Counted from the first letter of the stretch, positions 17,720-26,807 are shown. The stretch: DNA of 64,000 nucleotides from Acidaminococcales bacterium (GCA_031552765.1 JAVBME010000005.1:9328-73327), one strand, 5' to 3'. The notes: generated from the sequence alone by a model not told the origin. Translations and numbers: made by a program.

Positions 17720-18532
17720 ATGGAAAAGATCTTGGTTGCCACGGATTTTTCTTTACAGTCTATGCGTTTGCCTGATTGTGTGGAAGATTTGGGTAACAGC
17801 GGCGCTAAGAGCGTCGTCCTTATGCATGTTTTGGGCGAGGAAAGCGAAGAAGCGGAAGACAGCGAGGTTCGACGAACTGCGCTGGCGCGTCTGGAGACAT
17901 TGCGAGACGATTTTGAGGGCAAGGGTTTTGAGGTAAGTATCGTGCTTACCTGGGGTAAAGCCGCAGTGGAGATACAAATGATGGCCGCCCGCGAAAATGT
18001 TGATATGATAGTGATGGCGCCGCATAACAAAGGTTATTTGCGCCGTGCCATATGGGGAAGTACCAGTTTGGAACTGGTAAAGCTTGCCACTTGTCCTGTC
18101 TTGTTGGAAAAGGGCGAAAATATGACGGGGCATTTTAGAAAAATAATGGTACCGACGGATTTTTCGCTGGCGTCTTTGGCGGCGTTGGATTTTATCCGCA
18201 GCATAAGAGAATACATTGGCGAAGTAGTTTTTGTCAATGTAGTCGAAAATGGCAAAAATTACGAAGAAGAAGCCAGTCAAGCACAGCTTAGCCTGACGGA
18301 GCTAGTTGAGGAATTAAACGATTTTGGCATCAATGCTTCGTCTTTTGTCGGAAAAGGTTCGCCGGCAAAAGAAATCGCCGAGATCGCTGAAGAGTTGTCC
18401 GCCAGTATGGTGATTTTACCAAAAGTCGGCGGCGGTTTTGTAAAAAATCTATTATTGGGCAGTACCGCGCAGGCGGTGGCCAGCACCCTTGAAATACCGG
18501 TAATGCTGGTGCCTGCGGAAACAGACAGATAA
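17720..18532 (+). CDS. Tandem-domain universal stress protein
   Basis: Two Usp repeats (KILVATDFS... and KIMVPTDFS...), each ending in a G-x-x-LGST-like motif. Confidence 0.8.
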   Translation: MEKILVATDFSLQSMRLPDCVEDLGNSGAKSVVLMHVLGEESEEAEDSEVRRTALARLETLRDDFEGKGFEVSIVLTWGKAAVEIQMMAARENVDMIVMAPHNKGYLRRAIWGSTSLELVKLATCPVLLEKGENMTGHFRKIMVPTDFSLASLAALDFIRSIREYIGEVVFVNVVENGKNYEEEASQAQLSLTELVEELNDFGINASSFVGKGSPAKEIAEIAEELSASMVILPKVGGGFVKNLLLGSTAQAVASTLEIPVMLVPAETDR

Positions 18533-18557
18533 GGGGTACGAAGGCCTGTTTGCGCTA

Positions 18558-18587
18558 TTGACAATAAATCACTTCCTAATATATACT
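18558..18587 (+). promoter_or_regulatory. Candidate promoter for tRNA-Ser/SRP RNA
   Basis: TTGACA (18558-18563) followed by TATATA/TATACT at a 16-18 nt spacing. Confidence 0.5.
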
Positions 18588-18615
18588 AAATCTTGCGGTT
18601 TATCGCCGCAGTTTT

Positions 18616-18705
18616 GGAGAGATGTCCGAGTGGTTGAAGGAGCACGCCTGGAAAGCGTGTGTAGTTGAAAGGCTACCGAGGGTTCGAATCCCTCTCTCTC
18701 CGCCA
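18616..18705 (+). tRNA. tRNA-Ser (anticodon GGA), CCA encoded
   Basis: Acceptor GGAGAGA/TCTCTCC, anticodon arm CACGC-CUGGAAA-GCGUG, a long variable arm, T arm GAGGG-TTCGAAT-CCCTC, then G-CCA. Confidence 0.95.
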
Positions 18706-18728
18706 TATAAAAATTAGTCGCCGAAGGC

Positions 18729-18888
18729 GCGGCTTTTGTTTTTTCTGTCGGGCCGCGGCGCTGGGTCTTGCGCAATGTGGACTCATGAACCCTGTCAGGT
18801 CCGGAAGGAAGCAGCAGTAAGTGATCATTCGCATGTGCCGCGAGGGCGCCTGGACTGCCGCGTCCCGACAGGCAAAACAAAGCCGCCA
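18729..18888 (+). ncRNA. ffs: SRP RNA (short form; helix 5/8 only), boundaries +/-15 nt
   Basis: Conserved core CCCUGUCAGGUCCGGAAGGAAGCAGC (18790-18815). The long closing helix pairs GCGGCUUUUGUUUUUUCUGUCGGGCCGCGGCG with CGCCGCGUCCCGACAGGCAAAACAAAGCCGC. Its position just upstream of dnaX matches Bacillus. Confidence 0.82.
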
Positions 18889-18901
18889 GAGGTATATTGC
18901 G

Positions 18902-18929
18902 CGCAGCCTGTACAGAGGCTGCGTTTTTC
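18902..18929 (+). terminator. Rho-independent terminator after SRP RNA
   Basis: CGCAGCCT-GTACAG-AGGCTGCG followed by T5. Confidence 0.75.
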
Positions 18930-18964
18930 TTCGTGTGGTATAATAACTATGGAGGTGTAAAGCA

Positions 18965-20617
18965 GTGTCTTATGTAGCCCTTTACCGCAAATGGCGGCCG
19001 CAGGATTTTTCTTCCTTGGTCGGCCAGGAACATATACGCACAGCGCTTTGCAACGCTCTAACCGGCGGTCGGGTGGCGCACGCCTACCTGTTTGCCGGGC
19101 CGCGCGGGACGGGCAAGACCAGTACGGCAAAAATACTGGCCAAGGCGGTAAACTGCGAGCAGGGCCCCACGCCCAATCCTTGCAATGTCTGCGCTAACTG
19201 CCAGCGGATAAATGACGGTTCTTCCATGGATGTTTTCGAAATAGACGCCGCCTCCAACAGGGGCATCGACGAAATACGAAGTTTGCGTGAACAAGTGCGC
19301 TTTTCTCCGGTGGAAGGCGCTAAACGCGTATACATCATAGATGAAGTGCACATGCTGACGACAGAAGCTTTCAACGCGCTTTTAAAAACTCTGGAAGAAC
19401 CGCCGCCCCATGTCTTATTCATACTGGCTACTACCGAGCCGCACAAGATACCTGCGACAATCCATTCGCGTTGCCAGCGCTATGATTTCCGGCGCATGGG
19501 CGTCGAAGACACCATTGCCAGGCTCAAAGAGGTAGCTGCCGGTAGCGGCCTGGAGGCGGAAGAAGAGGCGCTTTCCCTTATCGCCGCCCAGGCGGACGGC
19601 GGGATGCGCGACGCGCTTAGCCTTTTGGACCAGTGCTCGGTGATGGCGGAGGGGGCGGTAACGGCGGAAACCGTGCGCTCGCTGCTGGGAGTGGTCGGCC
19701 GGGAGCATTTGCGTTTGCTGGTTGGCGCTGTTGGCAAAGGCGAAGAAGTGCGGGCTTTTGAAATATTAGATGAAGTACTAGACAGTGGGAAGGATATACG
19801 GCAGGTGCTGGGCGAGACGGCGAGCTATCTGCGCGCGGTCATGCTGTTTAAAGTCGCGCCTTCTTTCAGCGATATTTATGTAACGGACGATAAGGCGAAT
19901 CTTGAAAAAGCTGCGGTACTGTTCAGCCATGAGCGGCTTACGGCTGCGGCCAAGAGGCTGCACGAGGCTTTGCTGGAGTTCCGCTTTACCATGCAGCCAA
20001 GGCTTACTGCTGAAATATGCCTCCTCGATCTTTGCCGTGTACCGGCCGAAGGCAGGGAAGAGGAACTGCTGGCGCGTGTCGAACGGCTGGAGAGATTGCT
20101 TGGCGAAAAGAAAACCGCGCTGCCGCAAGAGAAGGCCGCGCCGGTAAAAGAAAAACCTATAGCTGTACAAGAAGAGGCGGCTAAACCGCCGCCTGTAGTG
20201 GAAAGCCGCGACCTGGCGCCAGCGGCGGAAAAAATCTCGCCCGTGCCGGCAGAGGCCGGTTTATGGGGAAAAATACTGGAACGATTGCTGGCTGAACGCA
20301 AAAAATCCCTGCATGCCTGTATAAAAGAAGGACGTCTTCTTTCTGCTTCGGGCGGCAAACTGCTGGTAGAGTTTGACAATGATTTTCCCTGCCAGAGGAT
20401 GAAAAAAGACGATTACCGCTCTGTAGTGGATAAAATAGCTTCGGAACTGGCCGGCCAAGCGCTCAGCCTGGAGTGCGTGACGGCACAGGCGGCGCCTGTG
20501 CCGGCGCCGGCAGATGAAGAGCAGGCGGCGCCGGTAGACGAAATACCTTTTGCGGCAAAACAGGCGCTGGAAATTTTTGGCGGTGAACTTATCAAATTGA
20601 AAAATAAGGAGCGATAA
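18965..20617 (+). CDS. dnaX: DNA polymerase III subunits gamma/tau
   Basis: GTG start after GGAGGTG. Has ALYRKWRPQ.F..LVGQEH...HAYLFAGPRGTGKTS, the Zn module CNVCANC and IIDEVHMLT. Confidence 0.94.
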   Translation: MSYVALYRKWRPQDFSSLVGQEHIRTALCNALTGGRVAHAYLFAGPRGTGKTSTAKILAKAVNCEQGPTPNPCNVCANCQRINDGSSMDVFEIDAASNRGIDEIRSLREQVRFSPVEGAKRVYIIDEVHMLTTEAFNALLKTLEEPPPHVLFILATTEPHKIPATIHSRCQRYDFRRMGVEDTIARLKEVAAGSGLEAEEEALSLIAAQADGGMRDALSLLDQCSVMAEGAVTAETVRSLLGVVGREHLRLLVGAVGKGEEVRAFEILDEVLDSGKDIRQVLGETASYLRAVMLFKVAPSFSDIYVTDDKANLEKAAVLFSHERLTAAAKRLHEALLEFRFTMQPRLTAEICLLDLCRVPAEGREEELLARVERLERLLGEKKTALPQEKAAPVKEKPIAVQEEAAKPPPVVESRDLAPAAEKISPVPAEAGLWGKILERLLAERKKSLHACIKEGRLLSASGGKLLVEFDNDFPCQRMKKDDYRSVVDKIASELAGQALSLECVTAQAAPVPAPADEEQAAPVDEIPFAAKQALEIFGGELIKLKNKER

Positions 20618-20620
20618 GCA

Positions 20621-20944
20621 ATGTTTGGTAACATGGGCAATATGCAGGGCATGGTCAAAAAGATGCAAAAAATGCAGTCGGATATGGCAAAAATGCAGGA
20701 AGAAGTGAAGGCCAGGGAGTTTGAAACCACTGTTGGCGGCGGCGTGGTAAAGGTAGTGTCTAACGGCAATAAAGAACTGCTGACGGTAAAAATAGACCCG
20801 GCTGCTTTGAACGCGGACGATGTGGAGATGCTGGAAGATATGATCGTAGCGGCGGTAAATGAGACCCGCCGTAAGGTAGACGAAGTTTTTGAACAGGAAA
20901 TGGCGAAAATCACCGGCGGTATGAAACTGCCGGGCATGTTTTGA
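20621..20944 (+). CDS. ybaB: YbaB/EbfC family nucleoid-associated protein
   Basis: 107 aa with MQKMQSDMAKMQEE...GGGVVKVVSNG...KIDP. It sits in the conserved dnaX-ybaB-recR order. Confidence 0.9.
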   Translation: MFGNMGNMQGMVKKMQKMQSDMAKMQEEVKAREFETTVGGGVVKVVSNGNKELLTVKIDPAALNADDVEMLEDMIVAAVNETRRKVDEVFEQEMAKITGGMKLPGMF

Positions 20945-20956
20945 TCGACCGCTGTC

Positions 20957-21553
20957 ATGAGAATGATCGCGCCGTTGGGGCGTTTGTATGAACATTTGAG
21001 GCGTTTGCCGGGCATAGGGTCGAAAACGGCTTTGCGCTTGGCCTACCATGTGATAGATATGCCGGAAGAAGCGGTGGAAGAACTGGCAAAAGCGCTGCTG
21101 GCGGCGCGGCGGGAAATAAAAACCTGCGGCCGTTGTTACAATTTGTCTGACGGAGAACTTTGCGAGATATGTCGGTTGCCGGAACGGGAGCCGTCTTTGA
21201 TTTGCGTGGTAGAGCAGCCGCAGGACGTGGCGGCGCTGGAGCGTTCGCGCGGTTATAGCGGACTGTACCATGTGCTGCATGGTGTACTTTCGCCGCTTGA
21301 CGGGATCGGTCCGGACAATTTGAAACTGCGCGAACTTGTCGAACGCTCTGCTAAAGATAGCGTTAAGGAAGTGATAGTCGCAACAAATTCCGATGTCGAA
21401 GGTGAGGCGACAGCCCTCTATATAGCGAGGTTGTTGAAACCACTGGGCGTAGAGGTCACAAGGATAGCGCACGGTTTGCCTATAGGGGGAGACTTAGAGT
21501 ATGCCGACGAACTTACATTATCACGCGCTCTTGAGAACAGGCGCAATATGTGA
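20957..21553 (+). CDS. recR: Recombination protein RecR
   Basis: LRRLPGIGSKTALRLA (HhH), the zinc finger CGRCYNL...CEIC, and a Toprim region VVEQPQD. Confidence 0.94.
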   Translation: MRMIAPLGRLYEHLRRLPGIGSKTALRLAYHVIDMPEEAVEELAKALLAARREIKTCGRCYNLSDGELCEICRLPEREPSLICVVEQPQDVAALERSRGYSGLYHVLHGVLSPLDGIGPDNLKLRELVERSAKDSVKEVIVATNSDVEGEATALYIARLLKPLGVEVTRIAHGLPIGGDLEYADELTLSRALENRRNM

Positions 21554-21561
21554 AAGGGGCG

Positions 21562-21816
21562 ATGTTTGTGTTTGAACTTGTTTACCTTATCATCGCTGTC
21601 GTTTTGTTATACCTTATAGTGAAGATGCTTTCACTCCCTTTGACTATAGTGTATAACGGGCTTGTCGGCGCAGTTATGTTATGGCTGATCAATTTGGCCG
21701 GTTCGTTTTTCGCCTTTTCCCTGGAAATAAATATAGTAAATTCACTTATCGCAGGCTTTCTGGGTGTCCCGGGGGTAGTATTTTTGGTAATTGCCAAGCT
21801 TTTTTTCGGCTGGTAA
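21562..21816 (+). CDS. bofA: BofA-like pro-sigma-K processing inhibitor (small membrane protein)
   Basis: ORF 21550..21816; ATG 21562 follows AAAGGGG. Two TM segments and a C-terminal LIAGFLGVPGVVFLVIAK resemble B. subtilis BofA. It sits after recR, as in Bacillus. Confidence 0.7.
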   Translation: MFVFELVYLIIAVVLLYLIVKMLSLPLTIVYNGLVGAVMLWLINLAGSFFAFSLEINIVNSLIAGFLGVPGVVFLVIAKLFFGW

Positions 21817-22031
21817 TGTTTAAACCCGTAGATTTTATTTCGCTAAAATTAGACAAATGAGGTTGTGGGTATTTCAGATAAATGCTTACAAAGATATACT
21901 TGCCCAATCTTGCGAATAATAATGCGATTTAGTGGATTGAAAATACATAAATGTCGTTTTTTAATGAGGTACAGTACATACCCTTGTCGAAATAGTGTAG
22001 ATAAATACTGGTTTTTTTGCATGTCGTGCTC

Positions 22032-22060
22032 TTGCCAAACACCTAAAGTGAAAATATAAT
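22032..22060 (+). promoter_or_regulatory. Near-consensus sigma-A promoter
   Basis: TTGCCA (22032-22037), a 17-nt spacer, then TATAAT (22055-22060). Confidence 0.6.
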
Positions 22061-22067
22061 GATATTG

Positions 22068-22300
22068 AACAGATGCTTAGGTCCGTGGTTGAAAGTCGAT
22101 GCCAGTCGCAGGCGAAGCGATCCACGTAAGCAGCCAAAAATTAAGCTGTGAGCATAGTGCGGCCTAGAGGTAAGTCCTGCCGGCGAAAGCCGAGAGGGGA
22201 AGTAGTGGGGGGCTAAAGCCTAGTAGCGAAACTTCCGGCAGGCGAGTGTGGGGGAAAAGACCAGGTCGGCTAAGCAAATGTTTAATATAGGTGTACGGGG
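22068..22300 (+). ncRNA. Unclassified structured ~235-nt 5' leader / ncRNA candidate
   Basis: Hairpin at 22075-22131. A junction domain at 22176-22242 comprises CCUGC/GCAGG, a CGGC-GAAA-GCCG tetraloop hairpin at 22181-22192, and GGAAGU/ACUUCC. There are four G4-6 tracts and no terminator before ATG 22309. Confidence 0.45.
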
Positions 22301-22308
22301 GGATTATC

Positions 22309-22617
22309 ATGACATTCGAAGACAAAAACCTGAAATGTAAAGACTGTGGACAGGATTTTAACTTTACTGCCGGCGAGCAAGAGTTTTATAATGAAAAAGG
22401 CTTTGAAAATGAGCCTGTTCGCTGCAGGGAATGCCGCGATGCCAAAAAAAGAGAACGAGAAGTGCTTTTGGGAGGCCCCCAGCGGGAAATGTTTGAAACA
22501 ACTTGCTGTGAGTGCGGCAAAACCACTCTCATACCTTTTAAACCCAGGTATGAAAGGCCAATTTACTGCCGGGATTGTTTTGTTGCACAAAGGCTGAGGC
22601 TTGATACCGCCTTATGA
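22309..22617 (+). CDS. CxxC-x17-CxxC zinc-ribbon domain protein
   Basis: ATG 22309 follows GGGGGGA. There are two CxxC...CxxC units (CKDCG...CRECR and CCECG...CRDCF). Confidence 0.7.
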   Translation: MTFEDKNLKCKDCGQDFNFTAGEQEFYNEKGFENEPVRCRECRDAKKREREVLLGGPQREMFETTCCECGKTTLIPFKPRYERPIYCRDCFVAQRLRLDTAL

Positions 22618-22639
22618 CCTGCGGGCTATAAGGATTATG

Positions 22640-22663
22640 CGGTCGCGAAAGCGGCCGTTTTTT
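22640..22663 (+). terminator. Rho-independent terminator
   Basis: CGGTCGC-GAAA-GCGGCCG followed by T6. Confidence 0.78.
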
Positions 22664-22752
22664 ATTTGCCTATTTGTCGACTTGGCAAAATAATTCGCGT
22701 ATAATATATATAATATATTAGAAATAAACAGGTCAATCCGGGAGGTATTTAA

Positions 22753-23862
22753 ATGTCTGTTTTAAAAGAACGCGTCGAAGAAGTTTGGCAGGAACTTCAT
22801 GCTATCCCTGAAATAGGTTTTGAAGAGACAAGAACCTCTGCATATTTGGCGGAAAAACTCTCTAAAGCCGGTTACCAGGTAAGAACTGGGATCGGAGGTA
22901 CCGGCGTGACCGGGCTTTTAGACAGTGGAAAGCCGGGGCATGTTGTTGCTTTACGTGCGGATATGGATGCTCTGGGGCATGAAGTGAACGGCGAAAAGTG
23001 CGCTATACATTCTTGCGGGCATGATGCGCATTGTGCCATAGTCCTTACAGTGGCCGAGGAAATGGCGCGCAAGAAATTAAAAAGCGGAAAACTGAAAATC
23101 ATTTTCCAACCGGCGGAGGAGTTGCTGACCGGTGCGCTACGGGCTATTGAAGACGGCGCCGTGGAAGATGTGGATATACTTTTGGGCCTGCACCTGAGGC
23201 CTGTGCAAGAGGCGAAAAAAGGGCAGGCTACGCCGGCGCTTTACCATGGAGCAAGCTATATAATGCAGGCCGAGGTAAAAGGGCTGGCTGCCCATGGCGC
23301 GCGCCCGCACCTTGGTGTTAACGCCATCGACGCTGCCGCCGCTATTATCCAGGCGGTGAACGCTATACATGTAGACCCGGTGGTACCGGCTACAGTCAAA
23401 ACCACTAAAATTCAAGGCGGTGGCCCGGCCAGCAACGCCATACCGGAAAAAGCGTCTTTGACCTTTGATTTGCGTACGCAAAAAAATACTTCGATGCAGG
23501 AGGTGATAGAAAAAACAAAACGGGCGGTGGAATGCGGCGCCGCGTCTGTCGGTGCGACTGCTTCCGCTACAGTCCTTGGCGGTTGCCCGGCGGCCGAATA
23601 TGACAAAGAGCTTACAGAGCTTTTGGCGCGTTCTATCGTCAATGTTTTGGGCGAAGAAGGCTTGCTGCCGCCGACGATCACGCCGGGCGGCGAAGACTTT
23701 CATTTTTATGTGGAGAAAAAACCTTCTTTGCGGGCCGCCTATTTTGGCTTGGGGGTAGATCTAACGCCAGGGCTGCACCACCCTGAGATGTGTTTTGACC
23801 AAACAGCCCTTGTCAACGGGGTAGATATACTTCTCGACGCTCTGGAAAATCTTATAAAGTAA
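22753..23862 (+). CDS. M20-family amidohydrolase (N-acyl-L-amino acid amidohydrolase-like)
   Basis: LHAIPEIGFEE...ALRADMDAL...HSCGHDAH...FQPAEE motifs. Confidence 0.85.
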   Translation: MSVLKERVEEVWQELHAIPEIGFEETRTSAYLAEKLSKAGYQVRTGIGGTGVTGLLDSGKPGHVVALRADMDALGHEVNGEKCAIHSCGHDAHCAIVLTVAEEMARKKLKSGKLKIIFQPAEELLTGALRAIEDGAVEDVDILLGLHLRPVQEAKKGQATPALYHGASYIMQAEVKGLAAHGARPHLGVNAIDAAAAIIQAVNAIHVDPVVPATVKTTKIQGGGPASNAIPEKASLTFDLRTQKNTSMQEVIEKTKRAVECGAASVGATASATVLGGCPAAEYDKELTELLARSIVNVLGEEGLLPPTITPGGEDFHFYVEKKPSLRAAYFGLGVDLTPGLHHPEMCFDQTALVNGVDILLDALENLIK

Positions 23863-23949
23863 AAAGTAAATGTTTCGGAGCAGGGATTTGTTATGATATA
23901 ATTTTGATAAATATTTCCCTAAAAACCAGGAGAGGATGAACATGAAACT

Positions 23950-24717
23950 ATGAAAAAAAGTTTTTGGTCTTTGGCGCTGTCCTTGGTATTAGCGCTTTCG
24001 CTGGCCGGCTGCGGCGGCGCTCCGGCAAAAAAAGCCGAGGAGAAGGTTTTGCGGGTAGGCACGGAAGCCACTTTCCCGCCGTTTGAGTTCCAGGATGAAA
24101 AGAGCAAGGAATATACGGGTTTTGATATGGATCTCATCCGCGCGATAGGTAAACAGATGGGGTATAAAGTGAAGATAGAAAACCTGGGTTTTGACGGTCT
24201 TATACCTGCGCTGGAAGCCGGCAATATCGACGTCATAGCTTCCGGGATGACCATTACTGACGAGCGTGCCAAGAAAGTCGCTTTTACCAAACCTTATTAT
24301 GATTCCGGTTTGACTATAGTCGTGACTAAAGAGAACAATCAGGTAAAAGATTTTCCTGACCTCGAAGGAAAACGCCTGGCTGTACAGATAGGCACTACCG
24401 GCGCACAGGAAGCCGCCCGTATCAAAGGCGCAAAAGTGCGCGAATTCAATTCGGTGAGCGATACTTTCCTGGAACTGAAAAATGGCGGCGTGGATGCGGT
24501 GGTCAATGACCGGCCGGTAAACGCTTACTTTCTGACCACTGGCGGCGGCAGCGCCTATGCTAAGGAGGTCGGTAAACCTCGTAATGCTGAGTCCTATGGC
24601 TTTGCTGTAGCCAAGAAAAATGAAAAAATGGCTGCCGAAATGGATAAAGCGATGGAAGCCCTTAAAAAGAGCGGTGAATACGAAAAAATATATACAAAAT
24701 GGTTTGGCAAACAATAA
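23950..24717 (+). CDS. Amino acid ABC transporter substrate-binding lipoprotein
   Basis: Lipobox LSLAGC. Has the family-3 SBP motifs GFDMDL, GMTITDER and YGFAVAK. Confidence 0.88.
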   Translation: MKKSFWSLALSLVLALSLAGCGGAPAKKAEEKVLRVGTEATFPPFEFQDEKSKEYTGFDMDLIRAIGKQMGYKVKIENLGFDGLIPALEAGNIDVIASGMTITDERAKKVAFTKPYYDSGLTIVVTKENNQVKDFPDLEGKRLAVQIGTTGAQEAARIKGAKVREFNSVSDTFLELKNGGVDAVVNDRPVNAYFLTTGGGSAYAKEVGKPRNAESYGFAVAKKNEKMAAEMDKAMEALKKSGEYEKIYTKWFGKQ

Positions 24718-24815
24718 TAACCCTGTCATAAACGGTGCGCGGTCTCCTTCGCTGTGGGGCCGCGCGCCGATTGGGTTTGAAAACTTTCCGCCAACTTTAG
24801 CTTTTGGAGAAAACT

Positions 24816-25478
24816 ATGTCTTTTGATTTTTCCGTTATCGTTCGTTCCCTGCCGCTGCTTTTGGAAGGGGCGCTTATAACTATAAAGATAACCATACTCA
24901 GTGTAGGCCTGGGTGTGATCATCGGACTTTTGGTAGGTGTGGCCCGCCTGGCCGGGCCGCGGCCTTTGCGCATGCTGGCTGCGGTTTATGTGGATTTTTT
25001 GCGCGGTACGCCGCTTTTGGTGCAGATATTCATGATTTATTTCGCCTTGCCTAATTTCATCGGACGAGTAGACCCTTTTTTTGCTGCCATAGCAGCTTGT
25101 TCACTAAATAGCGGCGCTTATATCGCGGAAATTTTCCGCGGCGGCATACAGTCGATAGATAAAGGGCAGATGGAAGCGGGGCGTTCTTTAGGCATGAACT
25201 GGCTGCAAACCATGACCTATATCATCATGCCGCAAGCTTTCCGGCGGATAGTGCCCATGCTGGGCAACGAGTTTATCGCTATGCTTAAGGATTCTTCGCT
25301 GGTGTCGGTCATTGGCTTTGAAGAACTTACGCGCAGCGCGCAACTTATCATATCTCGTACCTACGCGTCTTTTGAGATATGGTTTGCGGCCGCTCTGCTC
25401 TATCTGTTTTTGACGCTTTTGATTTCCCGGCTGACGGCCTTTTTGGAAAGGAGGCTGTCTGTAAAATGCGAAAATTGA
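24816..25478 (+). CDS. Amino acid ABC transporter permease (HEQRo family)
   Basis: ATG 24816 follows GGAGA. EAA-loop-like [23 protein letters not shown]. Confidence 0.88.
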   Translation: MSFDFSVIVRSLPLLLEGALITIKITILSVGLGVIIGLLVGVARLAGPRPLRMLAAVYVDFLRGTPLLVQIFMIYFALPNFIGRVDPFFAAIAACSLNSGAYIAEIFRGGIQSIDKGQMEAGRSLGMNWLQTMTYIIMPQAFRRIVPMLGNEFIAMLKDSSLVSVIGFEELTRSAQLIISRTYASFEIWFAAALLYLFLTLLISRLTAFLERRLSVKCEN

Positions 25479-26194
25479 TCGAAGTAGCGGACCTTTACAA
25501 AAATTTTGGCAAACTGTCGGCTTTGAAAAATATAAATCTTTCAATAATGGAAAAGGAAGTAGTTGTGCTTATTGGGCCTAGCGGCTCGGGTAAAAGCACG
25601 CTTTTACGCTGTCTTAATTATTTGGAACGGCCGAGCGGCGGCAAGATAGTAGTCGATGGTGTGGAAATAGATGAAAGCAGCAACATAGATGAGGTACGGG
25701 CGGAAATGGGGATGGTTTTCCAGCGCTTTAACCTCTTTCCCCATCTTAACGTAATGGAAAATATCATGTTGGCGCCGGTGAAAGTGCGAAAGGTCAGCCA
25801 GGACGAGGCGCGGGAGCGGGCGGCTGCGCTTTTGGCGAAAGTAGGGCTCTCCGGCAAGGAACACTCCTATCCCGAGCAGTTAAGCGGCGGTCAGCAGCAG
25901 CGTGTGGCCATAGCCAGGGCGTTGGCTATGAAACCCAAACTGATGTTGTTTGATGAGCCGACTTCTGCTCTCGACCCAGAGATGGTGCAGGAAGTTTTAG
26001 TGGTAATGGAAGGCTTGGCCAGAGATGGCATGACAATGGTAGTGGTCACGCATGAGATGGGTTTTGCCCGCCGTGTGGGGAGTAGGGTGCTTTTTATGGA
26101 CGCCGGTCAGATCATCGAAGAAGGGCGACCGGAAGAACTCTTTACCAATGCCAGGGAGGAAAGAACGCGCATCTTTTTGTCAAAAATTTTATAA
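25466..26194 (+). CDS. Amino acid ABC transporter ATP-binding protein
   Basis: ATG 25466 follows GGAAAGGAGG. Has Walker [10 protein letters not shown], the signature LSGGQQQR and Walker [13 protein letters not shown]. Confidence 0.92.
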   Translation: MRKLIEVADLYKNFGKLSALKNINLSIMEKEVVVLIGPSGSGKSTLLRCLNYLERPSGGKIVVDGVEIDESSNIDEVRAEMGMVFQRFNLFPHLNVMENIMLAPVKVRKVSQDEARERAAALLAKVGLSGKEHSYPEQLSGGQQQRVAIARALAMKPKLMLFDEPTSALDPEMVQEVLVVMEGLARDGMTMVVVTHEMGFARRVGSRVLFMDAGQIIEEGRPEELFTNAREERTRIFLSKIL

Positions 26195-26222
26195 AAATAA
26201 CAGAATAAATTTATAAAGTTGA

Positions 26223-26251
26223 TTGACATATACTATGTACTATTATATACT
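26223..26251 (+). promoter_or_regulatory. Candidate promoter of csp gene
   Basis: TTGACA (26223-26228), a 17-nt spacer, then TATACT (26246-26251). The leader contains a 10-bp hairpin, TGCATTGAAT (26255-26264) / ATTCAATGCA (26276-26285). Confidence 0.55.
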
Positions 26252-26316
26252 CTATGCATTGAATGGATTTTATGTATTCAATGCAATTCTAAGAATTTTG
26301 GTGGGAGGCTTTATTT

Positions 26317-26514
26317 ATGCAGGGAAAAGTTAAATGGTTCAGCTCCGAAAAAGGTTATGGCTTTATACAACGGGATAATGGCGGCGATGTGTTCGTGCAT
26401 TTTTCTGCAATTCAGACGGAAGGTTTCAAAACTTTGAGCGAAGGACAGGATGTCGAGTTTGAAGTTGTTGAAGGCAGCCGTGGCCCGCAGGCGGCTAATG
26501 TCCAGGTCTGCTGA
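26317..26514 (+). CDS. Cold shock protein (CspA family)
   Basis: [17 protein letters not shown]...DVFVHFSAI (RNP1/RNP2 motifs). Confidence 0.94.
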   Translation: MQGKVKWFSSEKGYGFIQRDNGGDVFVHFSAIQTEGFKTLSEGQDVEFEVVEGSRGPQAANVQVC

Positions 26515-26534
26515 TTTTTAATGCGAGAAAATAG

Positions 26535-26564
26535 CGCTGGCTGCAATGCAGCCAGCGTTTTTTA
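26535..26564 (+). terminator. Rho-independent terminator
   Basis: CGCTGGCTGCA / TGCAGCCAGCG followed by T6. Confidence 0.78.
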
Positions 26565-26807
26565 TTTATACTGCTAATTTTTCTGTTGCGGCACTAGTGA
26601 CAAGCAGATTTGCTTATTGCCGACAGGCAGATGTCAGCATAAACTATTATTAAAAATACAAACACTGGAAGTGTACGAGAATCTTGCTTTCCGCAAAATT
26701 TTCCATAGACTTTGTTTTTATGCAAAAAACTATTATTGCAATCTTACAGCATCGGTATTGCCAGGCGATAGGCCGATGTTTCTATATTTGCAACAATAGT
26801 TACAAAG

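Noticed and set aside
18965-20617. Possible dnaX programmed -1 frameshift (gamma versus tau)
   Set aside because: I looked for an A-AAA-AAG-type slippery heptamer followed by a hairpin, as in E. coli, and did not find one. No claim is made.
20261-21472. 403-aa minus-strand ORF overlapping dnaX, ybaB and recR
   Set aside because: It is antisense to three strongly supported + strand genes. The translation is low-complexity (rich in R, Q, F and H) with no recognisable domain or SD. This is a typical shadow ORF of GC-biased third codon positions.
21865-22059. 64-aa Cys-rich ORF in the AT-rich spacer after bofA
   Set aside because: It has no SD and atypical composition. It overlaps the good promoter at 22032-22060. 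It is most likely a chance ORF.
22068-22300. Identification of the structured leader as RNase P RNA, 6S RNA, tmRNA, or a known riboswitch (c-di-AMP, M-box, lysine, cobalamin, yybP)
   Set aside because: It is too short for RNase P or tmRNA. It has no 6S-like end-to-end helix with a central bubble. None of the conserved boxes I remember for these riboswitches is present. It therefore remains unclassified rather than assigned.
22196-22302. G-quadruplex formed by the four G-tracts
   Set aside because: The intervening loops are 7, 37 and 42 nt, far longer than in canonical intramolecular G4s. The last tract is the SD of the downstream gene.
26219-26437. 72-aa ORF overlapping the csp promoter, leader and 5' coding region
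   Set aside because: It is out of frame with an unambiguous cold-shock protein gene and covers that gene's promoter. It has no SD.
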